Assembly: GCA_964430265.1 (NCBI GenBank)
Contig: CAYSEI010000002.1
Location: 20,769 to 84,768, forward strand
Reading direction: 5' to 3'
Length of the DNA: 64,000 nt
From: an uncultured Pseudomonadales bacterium
GTDB taxonomy: Bacteria > Patescibacteriota > Microgenomatia > UBA1400 > CAYXSR01
Shown piece by piece: positions 37,543-45,778 of the stretch. Positions within the stretch are counted from its first letter, which is position 1, and every line of letters begins with the position of its first letter. The position numbers were made by a program, and so were the translations under genes. The notes beneath the pieces were generated by a model. The model saw only the letters and a program-made list of their open reading frames with translations. It had not been told where the DNA came from and ran no database searches.

Positions 37543-38976
37543 TTATTGCTTTTTATAACTTTGCTTGTCAATTGAAAAAGATATAAATGACCCTCCTGCA
37601 AGTAAAATTAATCCAAAGATCAGTGTAAAAAATGTAGGACCAACAATTCCAGTTTCTGGAACACCACTATCTGTTGCAGGCATAGTGGCTCTGCTATCTG
37701 GTGATGGAGAGGGTGAAGGCTGAGGACTAGGTGATGTTTGAGCAGATGGGGTAGCTGTAAACTCGGGTTCATTTTCGGATGTTTCTAATATTTCAAAACT
37801 ACGGCTAATATTTTTTTGTGATCCACTATCGTCAATATATGTAATAGAAACACTATTCCTTCCGGTTGTAAGATTTTGACTTGGCTGAAACTCCCAATTC
37901 TTCTCTTCATTAATAGTTACAGTTTTAACAATTTCAGGGTCTTCAATTTCAACTGTTAAGACTTTTCCGACTGGTCCAGTCCCTCTAAATCTGGGTTTTT
38001 GCGTTGATAATTTTTGATTTGCTTCCGGATAAGTTATTTTTACTGAATTAATTGTCTCCCCTGAGTTATCAACGGGATCTAGAGGAAAGCTTTCAGGGGT
38101 TTGTCCTCCAGTTTCTGGTTGTTCCTGCTCTGATTCACTGGGAACAACGTTCTCTTCGTTTTCGTTTGGCTTAGCTGCTAGTTGATTGTTCTCATCAGAT
38201 TCCGGAGTTTCTGTAAAATTATAAGAAGCTTGTGCAAGGTTTATTACTTGAGGTAAAGGGGAAATATTTCCAGAACTTGCAATTATATCCGTTTTTTGTT
38301 CTCCGCCAAAAACCTCTATACTAATAGTAGTGTTTTTTTCATCTATTATTGCCCAACTGCCTAAATCTTTGCTGCGGCTTTTATTAAGCATAAGTACCCA
38401 TCCACCTTGTTTGTCACTTAAGGTTGCTTGTGGTGCGCTGTTAGGAGTAGTTAAAACAACAATTGCTCCTTCAGCAGGAGATTTGTCTTGATTAATAATA
38501 GTTCCGCTTGCCATTTGTGCTTTTCCCGGACTTCCTAAGGACGGACCGGTAACAATTTCATATGAAGATCCTTCATTATCATATAAGTTTTCTTTGATCC
38601 CTGTTCCTGCTCCAATTTTAAAATAATATTTTTTTTCCGGTTCCAAGTTTTTAATAGTTGCCAGATGGGTTTTAAACTCACTTTTTTCTCCGCTTTGTTC
38701 ATCACGATTATCGTTTGCAACTTGATCCAGTTTTGACGGGCTCTCGCCGTATTTGATAAACCCGACTTCAGGCTTATCTGTTGTCCAGCTAACGGTAAAT
38801 TCATTATCAGTAACTGAACTTATACGAATGTTTTTAGGAGATGAGGTTGTGGTTGGGGTAATATTTTTTAAAAAAGAATTCTTTCCCAAGATAAAAACTG
38901 CAACTGCAATACCAGCAGCTAAAATTGAAAGCCCAATAAGAGTGGGAATTCTTTTTTCAAAAAAACTTTTATTCAT
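37543..38976 (-). CDS. Fibronectin-III/Ig-like surface protein with C-terminal VPETG-TM signal
   Basis: Start refined to MNKSFFEKRIPT; FTVSWTTD..YG..H..NLEPEKKYYFKI FN3; PRFRGTG Ig-like; SPSP linker; VPETG-IVGPT-TM-KQSYKKQ. Confidence 0.85.
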   Translation of the reverse strand: MNKSFFEKRIPTLIGLSILAAGIAVAVFILGKNSFLKNITPTTTSSPKNIRISSVTDNEFTVSWTTDKPEVGFIKYGESPSKLDQVANDNRDEQSGEKSEFKTHLATIKNLEPEKKYYFKIGAGTGIKENLYDNEGSSYEIVTGPSLGSPGKAQMASGTIINQDKSPAEGAIVVLTTPNSAPQATLSDKQGGWVLMLNKSRSKDLGSWAIIDEKNTTISIEVFGGEQKTDIIASSGNISPLPQVINLAQASYNFTETPESDENNQLAAKPNENEENVVPSESEQEQPETGGQTPESFPLDPVDNSGETINSVKITYPEANQKLSTQKPRFRGTGPVGKVLTVEIEDPEIVKTVTINEEKNWEFQPSQNLTTGRNSVSITYIDDSGSQKNISRSFEILETSENEPEFTATPSAQTSPSPQPSPSPSPDSRATMPATDSGVPETGIVGPTFFTLIFGLILLAGGSFISFSIDKQSYKKQ

Positions 38977-39436
38977 TTTGATCTTCGCTTTCTGTTTCTT
39001 GTTCAGTATTTGATTCGTTAGTCTCTTCAGTCTCATTTTGATTTTCCGTGTCTTCCTCTGCTAGTGTTTCCTCTTCTCCTTCTTGTTGATTGTTTTCTGT
39101 TTCTGCTTCTGCTTTGTTGTTTTGTTCTGCACTTGGAGAAGAACTAAGATCTATAAATTCGCTTGAGGCAGTAGATTCCTCATTACTGAGTTCCAGGTTT
39201 TCTATGGAAACAAGCTGTTTTACTGTATCCAATTTACCTTCGGTGATATGTCTTTTTTGTTTAAGTGTGTCAATTGTTGTTGTACTGAGTTTGGGATCTA
39301 TGGGTTTAATTAATTTTTCCACATCTTCTGGTATTTCAGGATTTGTCAAAGTAATATAAATTTCCAATCCAACCCAGATGAAAATTGTGATAAAGGTTAG
39401 GATAGCAGCAGTAATTATTTTCTTATTTTTTTTCAT
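38969..39436 (-). CDS. Single-TM protein after pilO (PilP-position protein), acidic tail
   Basis: N-terminal TM, IKPIDPKL; coupled to pilO and the FN3 gene. Confidence 0.6.
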   Translation of the reverse strand: MKKNKKIITAAILTFITIFIWVGLEIYITLTNPEIPEDVEKLIKPIDPKLSTTTIDTLKQKRHITEGKLDTVKQLVSIENLELSNEESTASSEFIDLSSSPSAEQNNKAEAETENNQQEGEEETLAEEDTENQNETEETNESNTEQETESEDQNE

Positions 39437-40053
39437 TTTTCATACCAATATAAGTAACCGGTTATATTTAATTTTAGTATATTTTGATCAGAAGTGTCTT
39501 TTGAAGAAAAAGAAAAACTTTCTAATTGATAAATTCGTCGTAAATTTTCAATTTCGGAAATAAAATTTACCAGGTTTTGATATTCACCACTAGCTATGAA
39601 AGTATAACTAAGTTTATTGAGTTTAGATTCTGTTTGTTCTATATTAGAAGATTGAATTGCCTGAAATCCTTCTGTTGATCCAGTTTCTAATGCTACACTT
39701 TGTTCTTTTGCTAAAAGTGCGATTTTTTTTAAAGCAGAAATAAAATAGATTTTTTCGGGCAAGGCTTCGTTTAAATAAATAAAGTTTGGTTTTAATAAAT
39801 TATAATTTTTTTCAGCCTCTTCCAATTGACTAATTTTTGTACTAAATTTCTGACTGATTTCTTGCTTTCTTTTTATTTTGTTTTGCAGATCAGCAATTGT
39901 TCTAACAGTCGGTCTAATGGCGACTAAAGTGAAAAAAGAAATTACAAATAGGGTTAAAGCGATTTCCAATGTTGCTTTAGTAATCGGGTTTTCATAAACT
40001 CGACTTATTTTATCTAAATATCCTTGTGTGTATTTTTTGTAATCCCAGTCCAT
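39433..40053 (-). CDS. pilO: Type IV pilus assembly protein PilO-like
   Basis: TM, AIRPT, coiled coil, ALPE, GEYQNLVNFISEIENLRRI. Confidence 0.8.
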   Translation of the reverse strand: MDWDYKKYTQGYLDKISRVYENPITKATLEIALTLFVISFFTLVAIRPTVRTIADLQNKIKRKQEISQKFSTKISQLEEAEKNYNLLKPNFIYLNEALPEKIYFISALKKIALLAKEQSVALETGSTEGFQAIQSSNIEQTESKLNKLSYTFIASGEYQNLVNFISEIENLRRIYQLESFSFSSKDTSDQNILKLNITGYLYWYEK

Positions 40054-40054
40054 T

Positions 40055-40618
40055 CTATTCTTTTAAGTTTTTACTTTCTAAGTTTATATTAATAATAAAG
40101 TTAATTTTAGGGTCTTTTTTACCGCCAGAAGTAATATTTTCTAAACTGATTTCTTTAAATTGTTCTTGCTGTTTAAGTCCTTCAAGAAAAATCTTTAGTC
40201 CTTGTGTAGAAAAAGAATACCCGTTAATAATAATAGTATCAGCTTTTTTTTGCAGGTCTGTAAATACGATATCTTTGGGAGTTACCTTTGCAACTTCTTG
40301 AGGAAGTAAAGAAAGGTGCAAGTAATTAGAGTGTAGATTTTCGATTTCTTCAACTCTTTTCTGAGTATTCAGAAATTCCTTTTCAAAGTCTGCATAGGCA
40401 ATTACTGTTTCTTTTTTTGATTTAATTATTTGGTTAAGTTCTTTGTGTTCCAAATCTAATTTGAAACGGAACAAAAAACAGGCTACAGCTACTAACTCTG
40501 TAAATATAATAATATAGCGACCAATTTGAATTGCCCACTTTATTATTCTTCCACCTAAGGTTTTATCCAAACCTGTTTTTGGTACTAGATTGATTTCTTT
40601 ATTTCGGGCAGTATTCAC
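40055..40618 (-). CDS. pilN: Type IV pilus assembly protein PilN-like
   Basis: INLVP (PilM-binding INLLP-like), TM, TPKDIVF..ING; start refined to GTG 40618 (TATACT 6 nt upstream). Confidence 0.8.
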   Translation of the reverse strand: MNTARNKEINLVPKTGLDKTLGGRIIKWAIQIGRYIIIFTELVAVACFLFRFKLDLEHKELNQIIKSKKETVIAYADFEKEFLNTQKRVEEIENLHSNYLHLSLLPQEVAKVTPKDIVFTDLQKKADTIIINGYSFSTQGLKIFLEGLKQQEQFKEISLENITSGGKKDPKINFIININLESKNLKE

Positions 40619-40670
40619 ATCTCTAGTATAAGGAGTCAAAATTGGTTTGTAAAGAAGAAGTGATAGAAGA

Positions 40671-40907
40671 TTACTTCTTTAATTTTTTAGCGAGTTTAGC
40701 TTTTAATCTTCCAGCCTTATTTTTGTGGATTACTTTCTTTTTAGCTGCTTTATCGATTTCCGAGTATGCAGCTTGTAGGGTTTTTTTTGTTGGTTTCTCT
40801 TCAAAGTTTTTTATTGCTTGACGGTGGGTTTTCTTGACTTTGATATTTTGTTTTTCCCGTCTTTTGTCTCTTCTTAGTGCTTTTTTTGCTGAACTAGTAA
40901 TTGGCAT
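40671..40907 (-). CDS. rpsT: 30S ribosomal protein S20
   Basis: MPITSSAKKALR..IDKAAKKKVIHKNKAGRLK. Confidence 0.97.
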   Translation of the reverse strand: MPITSSAKKALRRDKRREKQNIKVKKTHRQAIKNFEEKPTKKTLQAAYSEIDKAAKKKVIHKNKAGRLKAKLAKKLKK

Positions 40908-40993
40908 TTTGTATCTTGAATTTGGTATTATACATCCTGTATATTAACATTTCTATCTTTAAAATACAACCAGGATAATTTATCATATACAAT

Positions 40994-42697
40994 ATGGTAC
41001 TTAAATTTTTTAAAAAGACGTTTTTACCATTTTGGAAGAACGGAAAAGCACTATTAATAAGAAGACAAAATAATATCCTTTCTGCGGCAATGGTTTTAAT
41101 GGTAATGATCTTTTCCTCCGGAATTTTGGGATTATTAAGGGATCGCTTGCTTGCTGGATATTTCTTTGCGCAAGGTGAACAATGGAAGCTTGATATATAT
41201 TTTGCTGCATTTCGTCTACCGGATATGCTTTTTCAGATTCTAGTACTTTCTGCATTATCTGCTGCTTTTATTCCTGTTTTTAGCGAATATTTGACAAAAG
41301 ACAAAAAAGAAGCAAACTATTTTGCTTCTTTGGTCTTAAACATTGGAACAATTTTGTTTTTGTTTGTTGCTGCACTAGTGTTTATATTTTCTAACTTTTT
41401 AAACGGACTGATTACTCACGGATTTGAACCAGAGCAAATGCAGGTTCTTAACCAATTAACCAGAATGCTTTTAGGAGCACAGTTTTTCTTTTTGCTTTCC
41501 AATTTCCTGAGTGGAATACTCCAATCAAACCAGAGATTTTTAATGCCGGCCTTTTCTTCTGTTTTGTATAATCTGGGAATCATATTGGGAATAGTTTTTT
41601 TAACTCCTCCAATGGGAATTTATGGACCTGTTTTAGGCGTTATTTTTGGTTCATTTCTTCATTTTATTATTCAGCTTCCGATTGCAAAAAGATTAGGATT
41701 TAATTATCAGTTTGTATTTAATTGGAATCACCCGGGTGTAAAAAAAGTAGGTCGTTTAATGCTTCCCAGGGTTATTTCTTTTACTGTTAACCAGCTGCGG
41801 TTAAATGTGATTGTTTATTTGGCAACTACTTTAAGTTCTGGTTCATTGGCAATGTATAATTTCGCGCAACATTTAAATTCATTACCTGTTAGTTTGTTTG
41901 GTTTAACAATTGGTCAAGCTGCACTTCCTACACTTTCTCGGGAGATAAAAAATAATCTAAAGAATTTTTCTGATTTATTTCTTTCTTCTCTTTTACAGAT
42001 AATATATTTTGCTTTTCCTGTGGGAATAATCCTGTTAGTTTTAAGAGTTCCAATGGTCAGATTAGCTTTTGGAGCTAAAAATTTTCCTTGGGAGGCGACC
42101 CTAACAACTGCCAAAGTTGTGGGTGTTCTGTCAATCTTTTTAGTTGCTAAAAGTACAACTCAGCTTCTAATTAGAACTTTTTATGCAATTCAGGATACAG
42201 TTATTCCTCTACTTTTAAGAGTAATTAATGTTTTGATCAATATTGTACTGGCTCTTGTATTTATCTATTCAATGGATATGGGTATTGTAGGCTTGGCGCT
42301 TGCTGAGGGAATTGCAGAAGTGGTGTTTGCTCTTACACTATTTTTACTTTTACATGTTAAAGTTGGCGGATTAATAAAAAGGGATTTTTTGCTTTCTTTG
42401 GGAAAGATAGTTTTAGGAGTATTTTTAACAGCCTTGTTTTTATGGATTCCAATGCGGATTTTAGACCGTTTTGTTTTTGATACTACTCTTACCTTAAATC
42501 TAATTCTTTTAACAATAATAACCTTATTAATTGGTGGAGGAGTATATGTTTTCTTTTCCTTCATACTGGATATTTCACAATTTAAAAGTTTGCTTGCGGT
42601 ATTAAAAAGATTTGGCAAGTGGAAAGAAATATTGGCAGAATCAGGAGAAGTTTTTGAAACCAGTCAGCCAGCCTCATTGCCACCGGAAAAAGATTAA
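40994..42697 (+). CDS. murJ: Lipid II flippase MurJ/MviN
   Basis: LGLLRDR, AAFRLPD, SAAFIPVF, LP..LFG..IG.A.LP, FYA..DT..P. Confidence 0.92.
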   Translation: MVLKFFKKTFLPFWKNGKALLIRRQNNILSAAMVLMVMIFSSGILGLLRDRLLAGYFFAQGEQWKLDIYFAAFRLPDMLFQILVLSALSAAFIPVFSEYLTKDKKEANYFASLVLNIGTILFLFVAALVFIFSNFLNGLITHGFEPEQMQVLNQLTRMLLGAQFFFLLSNFLSGILQSNQRFLMPAFSSVLYNLGIILGIVFLTPPMGIYGPVLGVIFGSFLHFIIQLPIAKRLGFNYQFVFNWNHPGVKKVGRLMLPRVISFTVNQLRLNVIVYLATTLSSGSLAMYNFAQHLNSLPVSLFGLTIGQAALPTLSREIKNNLKNFSDLFLSSLLQIIYFAFPVGIILLVLRVPMVRLAFGAKNFPWEATLTTAKVVGVLSIFLVAKSTTQLLIRTFYAIQDTVIPLLLRVINVLINIVLALVFIYSMDMGIVGLALAEGIAEVVFALTLFLLLHVKVGGLIKRDFLLSLGKIVLGVFLTALFLWIPMRILDRFVFDTTLTLNLILLTIITLLIGGGVYVFFSFILDISQFKSLLAVLKRFGKWKEILAESGEVFETSQPASLPPEKD

Positions 42698-42698
42698 T

Positions 42699-44522
42699 AT
42701 GAAAAAAGACAGGATTCGCAATTTTTGTATTGTGAGCCATATTGACCATGGGAAAACTACTTTAACAGACCGTTTTTTAGAAGAGACAAAAACAATCGGT
42801 AAAAGAGACATGAAACAAAGAATTTTAGATTCACATCCGATTGCACAAGAAAAAGGTGTTACCATTAAACTTGCTCCTGTTAGAATGATTCATCCACTTC
42901 CAAGTGTGCATGAAGAATTATTTGGTTTTTCTGAAGCAATTTACAATCTTATAGACACCCCGGGACACGTGGATTTCTCTTATGAGGTTTCTCGTTCGCT
43001 TGCAGCTTGCGAGGGGGCAATTCTTTTAGTTGATGCTTCGCAAGGAATTGAAGCGCAAACCATGGCTACTGCAAGAGAAGCAATCAAACATAATTTGTTA
43101 ATGATTCCGGTAATAAACAAGATTGATTTGGATGAAGCACAAATTAAGGATACGGAAAGACAAATAGAGGATGCATTTGGCTTTAATAAGGAAGAAATAA
43201 TAAAAGTTTCGGCTAAATCAGGTGAGAATGTTACTAAATTGCTCAATGAAATAGTAATAAGAATTCCTCCGCCAAAAGGAGAGTTGAAAAAACCTTTTAA
43301 AAGTTTAGTGTTTAGTTCTGTTTATAGTCTTCATCAGGGAGTTATAGCTTATATTCGAGTTTTTCAGGGTCAAATAAAAAAAGGAGATAAGATAAGATTG
43401 CTTGCTTCGGAAGCAGAAAAAGAAATTGTTGACCTTGGCTATTTTGTTCCCCAGATGAAATCAACTGAAGTATTAGAAGCAGGAGAAGTTGGATGGATAG
43501 CTACTGGGCTAAAGGATGTCTCTCTCTGTCGTGTAGGTGATACGATTGTTAAAGCAGAGGATTACCAACAAGAAAAAATCCAGCCGCTCCCCGGATATAA
43601 AGAACCACAGCCAATGGTGTTTATTGATTTTTATCCTACGGATGATGAACGTTATGAAAGATTATTAAAAGCAGTGCGTAAACTTAAGTTAAATGACGCG
43701 GCTTTATATTACAAAGGAATTCATTCACCTCTTTTTGGACAAGGATTACAAATGGGGTTTTTGGGTGTTTTTCATGCAGAAGTTGTCCAGGAACGCTTGG
43801 AAAGGGATTTTGATATATCAGTTATTGCTACTACACCATCGGTTGGTTATAAGATTGTAACCCAGGATGATGAGGAAAAACTTATTTATTCTGCACAAAA
43901 ATGTCCACCTATGTATCAGATTAAAAAAGTGCTTGAACCTTATGCAAAAGTATCAATTTTTACACCGGTTGAATATATTGGCGGAATTTTACAGATCTGT
44001 CAAAGACACAGGGCTGAGATGATTGAACAGAAATCATTTGGTAAAAGAACACAAATTACTTATGAAATGCCCTTAATGGAAATGGTTTCCGGTTTTTATG
44101 ACCAGTTAAAGTCGGTCTCTTCTGGTTACGCAAGTATGGATTGGGAGCCTATTGATTTTAAAGAATTAAATGCAGCGCTTCTGGAAATATTAGTCAATCA
44201 GAATAAAATACCACCTTTAACTTTTATTGTTCCCAAAGAAAAAGCACAGGACAAAGCAAAAAAAATGGTTAAAAAACTAAAAAAAGAAATACCCCGCCAA
44301 CTATTTGAGGTAAATATACAAGGTTCAGTTGACGGTAGGATCATCTCTAAAGAACGTATTCCGCCTTTCAGAAAAAACGTAACTGCAAAACTGTATGGTG
44401 GTGATCAGACAAGAAAAGACAAACTCTTAAAAAAGCAGAAAAAAGGCAAAAAAAGAATGAAAGCTGTAGGGGAAGTGAATATTCCTCAGGAAGCTTTTAT
44501 GGAAGTCTTTAAAGAAGAATAA
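42699..44522 (+). CDS. lepA: Elongation factor 4 (LepA)
   Basis: Start refined to MKKDRIRNF; HIDHGKT, DTPGHVDF, NKID, RKNVTAKLYGGD. Confidence 0.95.
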   Translation: MKKDRIRNFCIVSHIDHGKTTLTDRFLEETKTIGKRDMKQRILDSHPIAQEKGVTIKLAPVRMIHPLPSVHEELFGFSEAIYNLIDTPGHVDFSYEVSRSLAACEGAILLVDASQGIEAQTMATAREAIKHNLLMIPVINKIDLDEAQIKDTERQIEDAFGFNKEEIIKVSAKSGENVTKLLNEIVIRIPPPKGELKKPFKSLVFSSVYSLHQGVIAYIRVFQGQIKKGDKIRLLASEAEKEIVDLGYFVPQMKSTEVLEAGEVGWIATGLKDVSLCRVGDTIVKAEDYQQEKIQPLPGYKEPQPMVFIDFYPTDDERYERLLKAVRKLKLNDAALYYKGIHSPLFGQGLQMGFLGVFHAEVVQERLERDFDISVIATTPSVGYKIVTQDDEEKLIYSAQKCPPMYQIKKVLEPYAKVSIFTPVEYIGGILQICQRHRAEMIEQKSFGKRTQITYEMPLMEMVSGFYDQLKSVSSGYASMDWEPIDFKELNAALLEILVNQNKIPPLTFIVPKEKAQDKAKKMVKKLKKEIPRQLFEVNIQGSVDGRIISKERIPPFRKNVTAKLYGGDQTRKDKLLKKQKKGKKRMKAVGEVNIPQEAFMEVFKEE

Positions 44523-44527
44523 TAACC

Positions 44528-44565
44528 TTGACAAATAATTAGCACTCGTGTTATCCTTTTGCTAA
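44528..44565 (+). promoter_or_regulatory. Heat-shock promoter overlapped by a CIRCE operator
   Basis: TTGACA 44528-44533 and TGtTATCCT -10; TTAGCACTC(44539)-N9-TTTTGCTAA(44565) versus consensus TTAGCACTC-N9-GAGTGCTAA. Confidence 0.85.
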
Positions 44566-44589
44566 GTATGTTTAAAATTTTCAATAAAA

Positions 44590-45321
44590 ATGATTGATCT
44601 TAATGACAGGCAAGTTCAAATACTTAAAGCGATTGTTCAGGAATATATTGAAACCGCAGAGCCGGTTGGTTCTGAAACTTTAGAAAAAAAGTATGGAGTG
44701 GGTGTATCACCGGCAACAATTAGAAATGAAATGGCAGTACTGGCAAGAGAAGGATTGCTGAATAAACCACATCCTTCAGCAGGAAGAATTCCTACACCTA
44801 TGGCTCTCAAGTTCTACATCAATCAGTTAATGGAGGAAAGAGAACTTTCTGTTTCCGAAGAAGTTGCAGTAAAGGAAAGAATCTGGGATTACCGCCACAA
44901 AATGCGTCGTTTGCTCAGAGAAGCAGCAAGGGTTTTAGCAGAACAATCTAAAACCTTAGCTTTAGTAACCACAAATAAAGGGAATATATACCACTCGGGT
45001 TATGCAAATATCTTAAATGCGCCGGAATTTTATGATATTGATGTTACCCGGGAAGTTCTAAGACTTATAGATGATGTTAATAGAATCAATAAATTGTTTT
45101 CCAAAACGTTTACTGAAAGATCGGTTCACATTTTGTTGGGGGAAGAATTGGAAGATCAGTATTTACGTTCTTGCGGAGTAGTTTTTACTGAATTCAAAGC
45201 AGGAAAAGACACAACAGGATACGTAGGTATAATTGGACCTTGCAGACTTAATTATTCACAAACAATTCCGACTGTCAGGTATTTGGGCAATTTGATTGAG
45301 GAAGTAATTGGAGGATGGTAA
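44590..45321 (+). CDS. hrcA: Heat-inducible repressor HrcA (short form)
   Basis: EYIETAEPVGS, SPATIRNEM, HPSAGRIPT, IIGP.R.NY. Confidence 0.95.
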   Translation: MIDLNDRQVQILKAIVQEYIETAEPVGSETLEKKYGVGVSPATIRNEMAVLAREGLLNKPHPSAGRIPTPMALKFYINQLMEERELSVSEEVAVKERIWDYRHKMRRLLREAARVLAEQSKTLALVTTNKGNIYHSGYANILNAPEFYDIDVTREVLRLIDDVNRINKLFSKTFTERSVHILLGEELEDQYLRSCGVVFTEFKAGKDTTGYVGIIGPCRLNYSQTIPTVRYLGNLIEEVIGGW

Positions 45322-45324
45322 GAG

Positions 45325-45777
45325 ATGGTTATTAAAAAGGGAAATGAAAATTCAAAAGAAAATATTAGAAACCTAAAAGCTAAAGTTGAAGAGCTGACAG
45401 ATAAATGGAAAAGGGCTTTGGCAGACTACCAAAACCTGGAAAAAAGAGTTGAAAGAGAAAAAAAAGAATTCGTAAAATTCTCAAATGCATCATTGCTTGA
45501 TAAACTTCTGGGTGTATTGGATGATCTGGAAAGAGCAGACAAACATTTGGATGATGAAGGTTTAAGCTTAGCAGTTAAGCAGTTTCATTCAATATTGGAA
45601 ACTGAAGGAGTTGAAGAAATTAAAGCAGAAGGAAAAGAGTTCGATCCAGAAATAATGGATTGCTCAGAACTTGTGCCCGGAGGTAAAAACAAAGTAGTTG
45701 AAGTTGTTCAAAAAGGATATTTATTAAATAACAAAGTTTTAAGACCAGCAAAAGTTAAAGTTGGCAAAGGAGGCTAA
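45325..45777 (+). CDS. grpE: Nucleotide exchange factor GrpE
   Basis: [24 protein letters not shown]. Confidence 0.95.
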   Translation: MVIKKGNENSKENIRNLKAKVEELTDKWKRALADYQNLEKRVEREKKEFVKFSNASLLDKLLGVLDDLERADKHLDDEGLSLAVKQFHSILETEGVEEIKAEGKEFDPEIMDCSELVPGGKNKVVEVVQKGYLLNNKVLRPAKVKVGKGG

Positions 45778-45778
45778 A

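Noticed and set aside
42612-45778. Long N-terminal extensions of lepA, dnaK (and likewise pyrH, pilN, PEGA, GT2) from upstream TTG starts
   Set aside because: Conserved N-termini and SD or -10 placement favour the downstream ATG/GTG starts.
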